Below, piece by piece: positions 12,355 to 25,478 of a stretch of 64,000 bases of DNA. Numbering within the stretch: the first letter of the stretch is position 1; every line of letters begins with the position of its first letter. The position numbers were made by a program, and so were the translations under genes. The notes under the pieces were generated by a model that ran no database searches, was not told the DNA's origin, and saw only the letters and a list, made by a program, of their open reading frames with translations. This stretch comes from Octopus sinensis (lineage: Eukaryota): contig NC_043002.1 in the NCBI RefSeq assembly GCF_006345805.1, forward strand, positions 13,516,001 through 13,580,000, read 5' to 3'.

Positions 12355-12570
12355 TTGTGTGTCTGTGTTTGACCCCTACCCCCAACATCGCTTGACAACC
12401 GATGCTGGTGTGTTTACGTCCCGGAACATAGCGGATCGGCAAAAGACCGACCGATAGAATAAATACTAGGCTTACAAAGAATACTTGGGGTCGATTCGCT
12501 CGACTAAAGGCGGTGCTCCAGCATGGCTGCAGTGAAATGACTGAAACATGTAAAAGAGTATAAAAGTATA
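11029..12570 (+). mobile_element. SINE family A split by an LTR insertion
   Basis: 5' half at 11029-11220 and 3' half at 12322-12570. Confidence 0.9.
11221..12321. mobile_element. Probable solo LTR (~1.1 kb)
   Basis: Inverted termini TGTTACGG...CCGTAACA (TG..CA), non-coding, inserted in a TA tract. Confidence 0.7.
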
Positions 12571-12721
12571 AGACTATATTAAGACTATATTATTCGTTAA
12601 TTTTTTGATCACCGCTCGAAAAGGTAATGCTGACCTAAATATTACTTTTCTCTGTTCATATATGGTTGTGTGTTAAGAGGTTCATTTTTCAAGCAGTTGG
12701 CTGCAGGTTCGTTCTCAGAAG

Positions 12722-12821
12722 NNNNNNNNNNNNNNNNNNNNNNNNNNNNNNNNNNNNNNNNNNNNNNNNNNNNNNNNNNNNNNNNNNNNNNNNNNNNNNN
12801 NNNNNNNNNNNNNNNNNNNNN
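12722..12821. other. Assembly gap (100 N)
   Basis: Run of n. Confidence 1.
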
Positions 12822-12857
12822 TCTAAAAAAAATATATAGTCAAATAAATTAAACATA

Positions 12858-12892
12858 ATATCATGAATAGCGATAGCGAAACCGGTCGATAT
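12858..12892 (+). ncRNA. Minimal type I hammerhead-like motif, A3-U8 core variant
   Basis: AUAUC-AUGAAUA-GC(gaua)GC-GAA-ACCGGU-C-GAUAU. Confidence 0.6.
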
Positions 12893-13049
12893 ATTAAAAA
12901 TTATATTAAAATCATGTAAGCGAGCGTATTTTCTTTTTTAATTTCTTATATACATTACAACCCACCACGTAGGGACAATCGAAATTCCTCTTTTCTGTTA
13001 CTACTACTATATGTATATATATATATAATATCCTCTATATATATATATA

Positions 13050-13238
13050 GTGACGTATATTTGCCATTTCGATATGGCTACCCCTAAGGGTGGGTGCTAC
13101 TGTAGTTTTTAGCCACAGGAGGACACACTCCTCCAGCTGGCCCTAGACACACTTGTTGAACGGAGTCTCCTGGGGCTAAAAACTACAGTAGCACCCACCC
13201 TTAGGGGTAGCCCTATAGAAATGGCCAATATACGTCAC
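13050..13238. repeat. Fold-back element (~70 bp arms) in a TA tract
   Basis: gtgacgtatatt...ggctacccctaagggtgggtgctactgtagtttttagcc and its reverse complement. Confidence 0.9.
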
Positions 13239-13533
13239 GATGTGTTACCGCTACTGTATATAACTCACTTTTGATATTTATCATTATATATATATATATA
13301 TAATATAATATAATATTATATATATATATATATATTATATATAAATCGTAGACTGTTTGATTTCATCATTTTTCTTCTTTTTTGCCATGTTTGGATTACA
13401 AATATTGTTGTCTGTGGGAGACATATTTTTTGTAGAAAAAGGAAATAGTAGTCTTTTGGTTGTTATTTCTAAAATTTTCGGTTTGTGGTCAAGCAACTTG
13501 TTGCAAAACCCTTACTGTTATGATTTTATATAT

Positions 13534-13591
<58 letters not shown>

Positions 13592-13672
13592 ATATATTAT
13601 ATATAGATATATATGTACATACGTACATCTAAACGTATATAAATATATATATAAGCATATGTGGGTGAAGGA

Positions 13673-13937
13673 CATCCTGCTACTGTCTGTTATGGGTGGG
13701 ACTCCGTTCAACATGTTGTGTTGCATCCATTTTGTAGTCTGGGTCACATGAGGTACATCTATACATAAAGTTATGCCCGTCGATTTAGGGCATATAAACA
13801 ACATGACAGCCAAAACAGAGGATCTTTAGCGAGACACAACTTTATGTATGGATGTATCTGATGTGATCCAGACTGCAAAATGGATGCAACACAGCATTTT
13901 GAATGAAGCCCCACCCATAAGGGACAGGAGCAGGATG
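13673..13937. repeat. Diverged inverted repeat (~100 bp arms), MITE-like
   Basis: catcctgct...tgtgttgcatccattttg...atacataaagtt versus the reverse-complement right arm. Confidence 0.85.
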
Positions 13938-14004
13938 GGTAGAAACGATCATTGCACAAAATAAAGATTAATACCTAATCCATCTACTGGTTACTTACTC
14001 AATT

Positions 14005-14450
<446 letters not shown>

Positions 14451-14999
14451 GATACATATATATATATATCTGCAAGTATGTTTGCTCGTAGGAATGTGTA
14501 TATGTGTTTGTGTGTGTGTGTGTATGTGTGTGTGTGTGTGTATGTATATATGCACACACACACATATGATAGTTGAGGGGATAAGTACAATCCAAGCGAT
14601 CTCATCATCGCTTCATTGAGACACCTGACTAACGTAGTGTTCTAATAACGGGAAGATTAGTTTCGCTTCAGTTAATTTTAAAAGAAGCTCTTCACCAATC
14701 GAAAGTATGGACACCCAGCAGGTAAGTTGGTCAGACATGTTTCTCAAGTTATAAGCTTGGTATATGAATACATGTCTATAAAGATATGCAAGCTAATTCT
14801 TTACGTTTTGCTATGGTACTAATACTGATTACTTATAGTAATCCTAAATACGATAAAGAGGATAAGAAAAAAGAATATGAAGAATCAAGATTCAAGAGAA
14901 GTAGAATGCAAAGAAGGAAGAGGAAAAGAGAACGAAGAAGAATAAGAAGCATTTGATTATTTTTTGTTTTGTTGCTGGTGCTTGTTGTGTAGTTTATTA

Positions 15000-15051
<52 letters not shown>

Positions 15052-15329
15052 TTACCATTACAGCCTACCATAAATTTTACTTCTCTTCATTTTTCGCATT
15101 TAGTATCCTGTTAAGATTAATATAGTCTAGATCTTGTCTGCTGTTTCATTACTTTGTTCTTATTTTATATATATTCTTTCCTCACTTTACAACAGCATAC
15201 AACGCTTGACCGGTGCACTATGAAAGAAACTATCTCTTGACGGAAGTCTGATGACGGGACACTTTAATTAATTAACCAGAAATGTTTTAGAAAACAACGA
15301 ATCAAAATTAAAAAAGATATATTTATATA

Positions 15330-15425
<96 letters not shown>

Positions 15426-15428
15426 CCC

Positions 15429-15485
<57 letters not shown>

Positions 15486-15549
15486 TATGATATTATGTAT
15501 ATAATACATACATATATATATATACACATATATATATATATATATGTGT

Positions 15550-15630
<81 letters not shown>

Positions 15631-15907
15631 TATAGTCATAAATACGCTACATTAAACACATAAGGAATCCACTCATGGGATTCAACAGCTAGAAAGGCAG
15701 CTAAGTTCTATAACCAAAGTAGGGATAAATTCGACAGGAACGAATATATATATATACACACACACACAAATTATTGGGGTTTAGTTCACAGTGATAAACG
15801 ATTAAGTTTCGCTAGGTAAGGGCTGTAACGGATTACTAGGGCCCCAATGTTATAGCCGAGGCGGTAGTTATGGATCAATTGCAGATTTCCGATATAGAAG
15901 ATATAAT

Positions 15908-16057
15908 ATTGTTAAAGAAGACCACAAACGTTAAGGCAAGGCAAACATCTCGAGTCATATACATTATTACTGAGTTTTTCCTAATTTTTCAAATAATATA
16001 GCGTGTACGACTTGAGATGTTTGCTATGCCTTAATGTTTGTTGTCCTCTTAAGCAAC
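15908..16057. repeat. Diverged inverted repeat near TA tracts
   Basis: caaacgttaaggcaaggcaaacatctcgagtc versus gacttgagatgtttgctatgccttaatgtttg. Confidence 0.8.
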
Positions 16058-16293
16058 TTTATATATATATATTATTATATATATATATATATATATGTGT
16101 GTTGTGTGTGTGTGTGTGGTGTATATATATTCATACATACATATATATATACATTCATTTAATCAGCCGAAATTGCTAGGATGATCCGTTCTTGACTGTC
16201 CGTGTTTTTTGTATCGTCTTCTAAATGTTTTACGCTCTTGTCCCAGTTTGTATTTTTCTACATATAATATATATATATATATATAGATATATA

Positions 16294-16860
16294 CTAGCAG
16301 CTAAGCTTCACCCGGTCGGTTTGAATGGCGTGGTATTCGACTTGTTTGGGCACGCTTACGTTAAAAAACAATTTTAGAACGAATTTTTTCTGTCAAAATG
16401 CTAAAATAACTGACCAATAAAAAAAAAACAACCAAAATTCAACCAGATCAAAAAATAATCCAAAAACTAAGCGAACAAAGATGAACCATCCCACTTCCAT
16501 TGAGCACGCACACATACACACAAATACACAAACACACATTCACATAACTCCCTTTTACATACACACACATATATTCACACAGAGTTGAAACGCTGTTTGA
16601 TTTATTTTTCAGCGTACAATTTATCTCATCCTACTACTAAGAATGACATCACTCCTTCCTTCCTTATTCATCTATCACCCCTTCCTTTCTCATTCATAAA
16701 CACAAGAGTATTATTATAGTAGATTATCTCGGTAACCATGGGAGCTATGAAAAATACAAAGCCCAGCAAACCACCGGATCATTCTACACATCTGTGTAAT
16801 TTTTCGCGCAATTTCACTCAAGACAAGATAGAATCGCCCATGCCAAATTTATATATATAT
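16294..16860 (-). mobile_element. Helitron-like non-autonomous element
   Basis: CTAG end with residual hairpin (cttcacccgg). Shares internal blocks (aaccatcccacttccattg, cgctgtttgattt) with 10700-10890. Confidence 0.55.
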
Positions 16861-17634
16861 ATATATATCGGAATGAAGAAGTAGAGTGTGTTAGTGAGCG
16901 AAAATATGAAAGAAAGTGTAACTGGAAACCAAATATTTGCAGAAAAGTTGATCGACTTCGAACTGCTGGAAAGAAGCGATGATTACGACACGGAGAAGTA
17001 AATACAAAATGTGAACTGGAAGTAGGAAATGCGGCAAAATGACAATAAAAAAGTGAAGCAACTCAAAAGAACACAAAAGGAAGAACAGAATCAAGGCACG
17101 AGGTAAAAAAATTAAAAAGAAGATAAGAAATACTGAAGTGAATGTAAAGAAAATAAATGAACAAATACTTAAAAGGAAAACATTAAAAATATCTGAAAAG
17201 ACCCAAATATATCTTGTCCTGTCATTTTTGACGGATCTGTTCTTGAATAAAACAACATTTTGTGTTTTTCAGTAGAAGTTAAAAAGTTTAAGAATGTGAA
17301 AATGCAATTCAATCCATCAATCAGAAGACGTCGTAACAACGTGACTTTTGTACATAAAAGTCGAAATATTTGAAAATGTTAAAGCGCTAATCAAACTTGA
17401 CAATCTACGTCATAATGATGAGTTTAGTGGAGAAGAAATGAAATCCAACGTTCAGAAATTTAGAAATACGTTATGACTTAATGCCAAAATTTACCTTATA
17501 TAAAAAATACCGAATATGAGTAATAGAAAATTCGAAATTATAAAGCTGGGAAGTAATTTACATTCTTTTGTCCCTTTAACTGAGCTCTCTTTTGTCTCGG
17601 ACACACAGACACACGCTATCTATCTACCTGCACA

Positions 17635-17692
<58 letters not shown>

Positions 17693-17713
17693 GTATCTGC
17701 TTCCCTCTCTCAG

Positions 17714-17808
<95 letters not shown>

Positions 17809-17864
17809 GTCTATCTATCTGTCTATCTGTCTCTGTCTCTTTCTATCTCCCTCTTTCTTTTTCA

Positions 17865-17906
<42 letters not shown>

Positions 17907-18370
17907 ATGTTGTTTCCTCGACTACCTATAAACACATTCCCCCTTTTACTCACGCATACCAACTCATTCTTCACTCTCACTCACTCACTCTTTCTTTCAC
18001 TCGTCCCCCCCTCTCTCTCTCCCTCGATATATATATAATTAAAATCTGAGAATTCACTACTGCTGCTCAATATTGTGCTTCCACTAATCAAGAAACTGAT
18101 AGAGATTCAGGAAAATGGTTAAGTTTAGTCAAAACGAAGCTCCAAATTAAGTTTAAAAAATGGCAATCACGCCTCAGTAGAGCATTAGTAAAAATATAAT
18201 GAAGCCAACGATAAAAATAGAAAGGAAAATATACAGTGAAGCATATACGTACATAGATTTTATACAATTATCAAAACACATAGAATTCAATACAGAGATG
18301 TACATGATGTACATAAATACGTATATTACCACTGACAGTCACACAGAGAAACAAATATAGGTATATTTAG

Positions 18371-19553
18371 ATAAACATTATTTTAAATACACAGAGAAGC
18401 AAAACTTATATAAAGATAGACACATATTTTAGCGTAGGTACATGTGCAGTCAGGCATACAGCACACAGCCCAGAGACGGACATACGCATTCAGACGCACA
18501 GAAACAGACTCACGTATATATACAAGAACGTGCACATACAAGCACACACACTCATTACTCTTTTATTTGTTTCAGTCATGTGACTATGGCCATGCTGGAG
18601 CACCGCCTTTAGTCGCGCAAATCGACCCCGGGACTTATTCTTTGTAAGCCCAGTACTTATTCTATCGGTCTCTTTTTGCCGAACCGCTAAGTGACGGGGA
18701 CGTAACACACCAGCATCGGTTGTCAAGCAATGCTAGGGGGACAAACACAGACACACAACACACATACATATATATACATATATACGACAGGCTTCTTTCA
18801 GTTTCCGTCTACCAAATCCACTCACAAGGCATTGGTCGGCCCGGGGCTATAGCAGAAGACACTTACCCAAGATGCCACGCAGTGGGACTGAACCCGGAAC
18901 CATGAGGTTGATTAGCAAGCTACTTACCACACAGCCACTCCTGCGCCTATATTTACATAAACATTATTTTAAATACACAGAGAAGCAAAACTTATATAAA
19001 GGTAGACACATATATTAGCGTAGCTACATGTGCAGTCAGGCATACAGCACACAGCCCAGAGACGGACATACGCATTCAGACGCACAGAAACAGACTCACG
19101 TACATACAAGAACGTACACATACAAGCACACACACTCTTTTACTCTTTTATTTGTTTCAGTCATGTGAGTATGGCCATGCTGGAGCACCGCCTTTAGTCG
19201 CGCAAATCGACCCCAGGACTTATTCTTTGTAAGTCCAGTACTTATTCTATCGGTCTCTTTTTGCCGAACCGCTAAGTTACGGGGATGTAACACACCAGCA
19301 TCGGTGTCAAGCAATGCTAGGGGGACAAACACAGACACACAAAAATATACACATACATACATATATATAATATATATATATATAATATATATATATATCT
19401 ATATATACATATATACGATACGGGGCTTTCTTTCAGTTTCCGTCTACCAAATCCACACACAAGGCTCTGGTCAGCCCGAGGCTATAGTAGAATACACTTG
19501 CCCAAGGTGCCACGCAGTGGGTCTGAACTCGGAACCATGTGGTTCGTAAGCAA
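18371..19553 (-). repeat. Tandem duplication of ~185 bp flank plus SINE A (two ~590 bp units)
   Basis: ataaacattattttaaatacacagagaagc... starts at 18371 and 18957, each followed by a minus-strand SINE A. Confidence 0.9.
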
Positions 19554-20416
19554 ATTTTAGTTTCCAACTTTTATTTTACCGAAATTTATATTAAAAAGTA
19601 ACTTAAAAATTGATGTGAAACTATTGGTTTGAAATTATCAATTTCACTTTTTAGAATTTATGTTTTTTGTAAAAAACGTATCCAATGTTAATTATTAGTT
19701 CATTAATAAGCAAACTCGGTTATTACACTGAGGTAGGGAAGAATTTATAGAAATGATTTGCTTCATGCAAGAGGTTGTATGTCTACGATTAGTGATAACC
19801 AATCAACGAATTTTATTGATCCTCTCAAATATATAATAGGAAACTTAGTTTAACTTCAATCCTTAGTTATTTGGAAAAAAAACATAATTAATACAGTTCT
19901 ATATTTAAGAGATGAGGGATTATGTACATTATTTACATTTGACGGATATTTGACGGGCATATGGCGTAGTGGTTAAGAGCACGTGCGTGTGTGTGGGCGT
20001 ATATAGACGTGTGTGGGTATGTGCGTATATGGCGTGTGTGTGCGTGCATAAGGGTATGTGCGTATATAGACATGGTTTACTCTTTGTATACTCCCTTTGT
20101 TACCCTTAACCCTATTTTTTTCTTGTGCTTGTGCGTATGTAGACGCGTGTATGAACCTTTATGGTGCGCGCGTGTGTGTGCGGGTTTGTATGTATATGAG
20201 GGTGAATGAATATATAGCTTTAGGCGCCCGCACATGGGTGTGCGGGCGCACATGTGTAGGTATGAACAGGTGCGCTTATGCGAATACTATGAACTTTTAC
20301 CTCTTACTTTACTCCCTTACTTAGCGGTCATTCGAATAGCTCTTTTGTCTTAATAACGGTCAATCACACAGTAATTTTTTTTGTATAACGGTCATTTTTC
20401 ATAGCATTTTTGCGAT

Positions 20417-20488
20417 GGCTGGATAACTGAAGAGATGGCGGCGTGTATTTCCACCTCGGCATCCGAAACTTGGAGTTTTATCGTAGCT
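20417..20488 (+). ncRNA. Type I hammerhead motif, canonical core
   Basis: GAUAA-CUGAAGA-GAUG...CAUC-c-GAA-ACU(ugg)AGU-U-UUAUC. Helix I extends GGCU/AGCU. Homologous to the 53.2-53.4 kb fold-back. Confidence 0.7.
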
Positions 20489-20516
20489 ACCGAATAATGT
20501 CATATATTACATTTAC

Positions 20517-20558
<42 letters not shown>

Positions 20559-20564
<6 letters not shown>

Positions 20565-20651
20565 AGGGTAGGCAAAAGAATTTGCTTCACCACACATCGA
20601 ACTTTAGAAATAGTGTGGTGAAGCAAATTTTTTTGCCTAAACCTTATTATA
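20559..20651. repeat. Short fold-back in a TA tract
   Basis: taggcaaaagaatttgcttcaccacac versus gtgtggtgaagcaaatttttttgccta. Confidence 0.85.
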
Positions 20652-20752
20652 AAAATATCGTTTAAGTTTACCAATAATGGTCTTTACAAACCGAATCACT
20701 ACTTGGGGGAATTATCAATTATTAATTAATTAATTAATTAATTTTACCCTAT

Positions 20753-20788
<36 letters not shown>

Positions 20789-20792
20789 ATTA

Positions 20793-20828
<36 letters not shown>

Positions 20829-20829
20829 T

Positions 20830-20998
20830 GTATAAGAGGTTAATTTTCGATTTCTGTCTCTGAAATCCACTCACAAGGCTTCGGTCAGCCCAAAGCTTTA
20901 ACAGAAGACACTTGTCCAAGATGCCACGAAGTGGAACTGAACCCGGAACTATGTGGTTGGGAAGGAAGCTTCTTACCACACATCCATGCCTGCGCCTA
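20830..20998 (-). mobile_element. SINE family A, 5' half
   Basis: aaatccactcacaaggct...gaacccggaactatgtggttg. Confidence 0.85.
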
Positions 20999-20999
20999 T

Positions 21000-21850
21000 A
21001 TGTAATATTTTTAAGTGCTTCTTCTTTGAGGATTGATCCTCTGACATCTCAATTCTGCAACTGCATTTGTATCAGGTTGGCTGTGAATATCATGCTAAAA
21101 TTCTTGTATTAATTTCTCTTTGGTAATAAACCTTGAAAGCTGAAATGACACCCAAGTCAGTTGAATTAACGTTGCAGCGTTTGAAGGAAGGAAATTACTT
21201 TGATGTTCTTTAGTGACAAATTATTTCTGTGTGTTGTGCAACTGTCAACTGTCAAGACAATTTTTCTCTTTAATTCCAAATCCCACAGAACTAACCAGTT
21301 GTTAAATATCACTGGAGTCTTCCACACAGTTTCATTAAACCAATAATGAACAGTAAACTTTTGACATTCTTGAAGCAACGATGATTTTAATTTTTTTTCC
21401 GATCACTCCAAATTCTCATTCCTGCTTCTTCATAGCGCAAAAGCCAACTGTCATTTGCTGCTTTGAAGATTTAATTCCTGCGACATTTTTGTTTTTAAGC
21501 AAATAAGTTATCTTGGGTATTGCACGAAAAAATAAAACATCGTTTCATCTGAGTTGTAAATATTCTCAGGAGAATATTCAGTAATAATGTTAGGCCATTT
21601 TGTTTTAATCTCACATCAGCTGATGAGAAGAGAAAAACCCAGAAAAAAGGGAAAGTTCAACCATTTTTCTTCGTTAAGTACATGATATTCAATCGCCATA
21701 GCTCCATATCAAACCACCAGTCAGTGTCAAAATTACTTGAGCCATTTCTTTTCCAAAAGATGGATGTTTCTTTTCAGTAAAGTTGTTCCGATGTTCGCTG
21801 CGTCTTTCACCTGTCTTTCGAGCAATTTTCAGAGAAGTTTACACACATTT
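21000..21850 (-). pseudogene. Decayed pogo/Tigger-type (DDE_1) transposase
   Basis: Minus-strand fragments ITEYSPENIYNSDETMFYF, FNNWLVLWDLELKRKIVLTVDSCTTH...LKNIKVISF and DLGVISAFK; frameshifted. Confidence 0.85.
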
Positions 21851-21879
21851 CTTGGTACCTTATGCTATGACTTGACTTG

Positions 21880-22870
21880 ACAGCATTCACCCGGGGTGGG
21901 TTGAGCTGACTTCATTCATCCTCAATGCTGCATCTCTCACAAACGCCGACCAGATGCTATGGTACCTTGGTACTATATTTTTTATTTCGAAGTTGATATA
22001 TGAAAATGATTTGTAGTATGGTGTCACGTTTAGTTTGACAGGTGCATCTGTCAAACTATTACAACACACAGACGATGGATAAGATACATCAATTCGCTTT
22101 TTTTTCTATGACTTTACTCTCGTTTCTTGTATTGGAACTAGGACTAGAATTTTTGGTGGGGACGAGGGTTAATTTATGGCTTTACTATTGATGTAAATTT
22201 CTCAGAGAGTATTTCTTAAAGTCACCACGCATCTACAAATATGACAACGTTGCACTGGGGCACCGGGGTGATTTTTGATATTGGTTTTTCAAAATAAAGG
22301 GTGTCATATATCCATAAAATACGGTAGTGGGCATATTCAGTTAGCGTCCCTTTACAAAAAATATCCAAACATTTCCTTTGACTCCTCCACTTTTGTGTAT
22401 CATCCTTTTGTAAATCTTCAGAAGACGAAAATTAGCGAATGTGCTTTCACCGTTCTTGTGGTTGACATATTTGAAATGCAGATCTCATTAGTCTTGGAAG
22501 CTCTGTCATTAGGTTCTTCAGTTTGGCAGTTCCTGTCATAGGAGATTCGTTTTTGATTACTAATTAGTTCCTGGTATCATTTATGCGAGTGATTTATAAT
22601 TAATGTAATATGAATGTTGCACCGTTGATGGCTGTGTTTTCTTCCCATAACATGTCAGGTGTTTCTTGTGGGTAATCTCCTACAGGGGTATCTAAAAGTG
22701 TAGCCATTAGCGACTTCCATAGAACCGTGGATAGAATTAGTTATAAAATGTACGGTACACATAATATGTTCTTCATTCACCATCTGTCAGTACGAAAGGT
22801 CTTTGAAAAAAAAAAATCGAAAGGCAAAGATTTTGAACAGATGCAGTTGAACTGAGGGGCTTTGTGGCTT
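21880..22870 (-). pseudogene. Highly decayed coding-like remnant, possibly Helitron RepHel
   Basis: Only weak motifs (ATLL...PDMLWEE); no continuous ORF. Confidence 0.25.
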
Positions 22871-22876
22871 TCATCA

Positions 22877-23108
22877 CTCTTTACTCTTTAACTTGTTTCA
22901 GTCATTTGACTGCGGCCATGTTGGAGCACTGCCTTTAGTCGAATCAAATCGACCCCAGGTCTTATTCTTTGTAAGCCTAGTACTTATACTTTCGGTCCCT
23001 TTTGCCGAACCGCTAAGTTATGGTGACGTAAACAAACCAGCATCGGTTGTCAAGCGATGTTGGGGGGACAAACATAGACACACAAACACACACACACCAC
23101 ACACACAC

Positions 23109-23202
<94 letters not shown>

Positions 23203-23373
23203 TATAATACTACGGACTCCTTTCAGTTTCCGTCTACCAAATCCACTCACAAGGCTTTGGTCGGCCCGGGGCTATAGTAGAAGACACTTGCCCAAGATGC
23301 CACGCAGTGGGACTGAACCCGGAACCAAGTGGTTTGTAAGCAAGCTACTTACCACGCAACCACTCCTACGCCT
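22877..23373 (-). mobile_element. SINE family A, full length
   Basis: Complete head, internal microsatellite and tail. Confidence 0.9.
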
Positions 23374-23374
23374 G

Positions 23375-24075
23375 TTTACAATTTTGTTCCAAATGTTTGC
23401 AAATTTGGTAAATGGATTAAGTTTTGTATACTAATTATGAAAAAGAAATTCATTATTAAAGTTATTAGCCTTTAAAATTTGCAAAATTTGAGTATTTTAG
23501 CCAATCAGAAGCGGATATTTTACACTCTGTTCCCATAGTAACCAAAGATACTGCGCATGCGGACAAGAAGTGTAGGAAACAAACGTCGGTATAAGACACA
23601 CCGTTCAATGGTTGACTCGTATCTTTGTGAATTTATGTGGAGAAGGAGGCATGAGAAAAATGATTTATTTCATAAAATCTTAGAGTGTATTGCAAACTTT
23701 CGTTCTTGAATTTTTAAAACTGTTTTAAACAACGTTTTGACAGCTATTTCTAGTAACTTCTGTTGGTTTGTTCGTAGCTTTTACAGATTTAATTTGCTCA
23801 CCAATGTTTTAATGTTAACTTTGTTCGTGTATATTTTAATGTTTTGATGTTATTTCTAGCAACTCCTGTTGGTTTATTTACTGTTGCTAGTTTAATGTTT
23901 GGACATGCCAATCCGCGACACTCTGACGATGGAAGAGACAACGAACGCGCTGCTTTCTGATTGGTTGAAAATTCTGAAATTGATCAAACTTTGAACAACG
24001 AACATTTTGCAAACTTTTTCTGGAATAAATGAATAACAAATTCGGATTCAACATCAAAAATTACATCTATATGAT
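23375..24075 (+). mobile_element. Internally deleted Merlin/IS1595-like DNA transposon
   Basis: 23575-23709 encodes GNKRRYKTHRSMVDSYLCEFMWRRRHEKNDLFHKILECIANFRS* (SYLxEFxWR motif). Inverted subterminal blocks ttttagccaatcagaa / ttctgattggttgaaaa. Confidence 0.7.
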
Positions 24076-24087
24076 ACGCTTACGCTT

Positions 24088-24497
24088 TTACTCTTTTACT
24101 TGTTTCAGTCATTTGACTGTGGCCATGCTGGAGCACCGCCTTTAGTCGAGCAAATCGACCCAGGACTTATTCTTTGTAAGCCTAGTACTTATTCTATCGG
24201 TCTCTTTTACCGAACCGCTAAATTACGGGGACGTAAACACACCAATATCGGTTGTCTAGCGATGGTAGGGGAAAACATGGATACACAAGCACACACGCAC
24301 ACACACACACATATATATACGACGGTCTTCTTTCAGTTTCCATCTACCAAATCCCCGTAACTTAGCGGTTCGGCAAAAAAGACCGATAGAATAAGTTCTA
24401 GGCTTACAAAGAATAAGTCCTGGGGGGTCGATTTGTTCGAATAAAGGCGGTGCTCCAGCATGGCCTCAGTCAAATGATTGAAACAAGTAAAAGAGTG
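24088..24497. mobile_element. Two SINE A 3' parts joined in inverted orientation
   Basis: Minus copy 24088-24352 abuts plus copy 24353-24497. Confidence 0.9.
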
Positions 24498-24635
24498 AAA
24501 GTAATGTTTCTTGTAGGTTGAATTACTATGTACTTGATATCGCATTTGCTCGGTATATTTTGTGTTTAGAAGTGAAATTAATATTCTCTCTTGTGCAAAG
24601 GTATCGAGTAGGCAGAAACGTTAATACGTTAATAA

Positions 24636-24862
24636 AGGCGGCGAGCTGGCAGAAACGTTAGCACGCCGGGCGAAATGCTTAGCGGTATTTCGTCTGCCGC
24701 TACGTTCTGAGTTCAAATTCCGCCGAATTTGCCTTTCAACCTTTCGGGGTCGATTAAATAAGTACCAGTTACGCACTGGGGTCGATATAATCGACTTAAT
24801 CCGTTTGTCTGTCCTTGTTTGTCCCCTCTGTGTGTAGCCCCTTGTGGGCAGTAAAGAAATAA
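24636..24862 (+). mobile_element. SINE family B monomer
   Basis: ggcggcgagctggcagaaacg...gtaaagaaata; flanked by a repeated agaaacgttaat(a/t)cgt, a possible TSD. Confidence 0.9.
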
Positions 24863-25236
24863 GAAACGTTAATTCGTAAAAATAAAATGCGTGGCAGCAT
24901 TTCTTCCGGTTTTACGTTGTGAGTTCAAATGACACAGAGGTCGACTTTGCCGTTCCTCCTCTCGGGGTTGATAAAATAAGTACCAGTAAAGTACTGAGTT
25001 CGATGTAATTGACTAGCCCCATCACCAACATGTTAGGTATTTGCACCCATAGTAAAAAGATATCCCATACATAAAATGTATAGCCATCTATGTATCATAC
25101 TTAATGTATATACACGGTCGATAGGCCAGTTACTACGGTATTTATCCTGAGATAACATCTCTTATGGAATCTCTGTGTTAAAAACATAATAGATATCAGA
25201 GACAGAGGAAATACATCCCAGCAGCGCCCAGGGAAA

Positions 25237-25478
25237 GCATCAAGTGAATTTCAGCCTTATTAGGCCTTTTCAGCGACGCGTACCCGCAACCATCGGATGA
25301 AAAATCACTGCCTATAATATAGGAAAAAATTGAATAAAAGATTCGCTGGTACCCGCCTGATGTATCACTATAGTACATAAAAAGTTTCGTAGACAAAACT
25401 TAGAGTAAATAGTAAATATTTATGGTAAGACAACACTGCTATAAATTATATATTTCGATATGTCGCACGATCCTCAGA
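25237..25478 (-). ncRNA. Two degenerate tandem HHR-like motifs
   Basis: GCGUCG-CUGAAAA-GGCC(uaauaa)GGCU-GAA-AUUCAC-U-UGAUGC (25237-25279) and CUGAGGA...AUC-GAA-AUAUAU-A (25447-25478). Confidence 0.45.

Noticed and set aside
15246-15290. CTGATGA...CCAGAAA as an HHR
   Set aside because: No helix I and a weak helix II.
15800-15870. Minus-strand stem followed by GAAAC
   Set aside because: No recognisable 7-nt core upstream.
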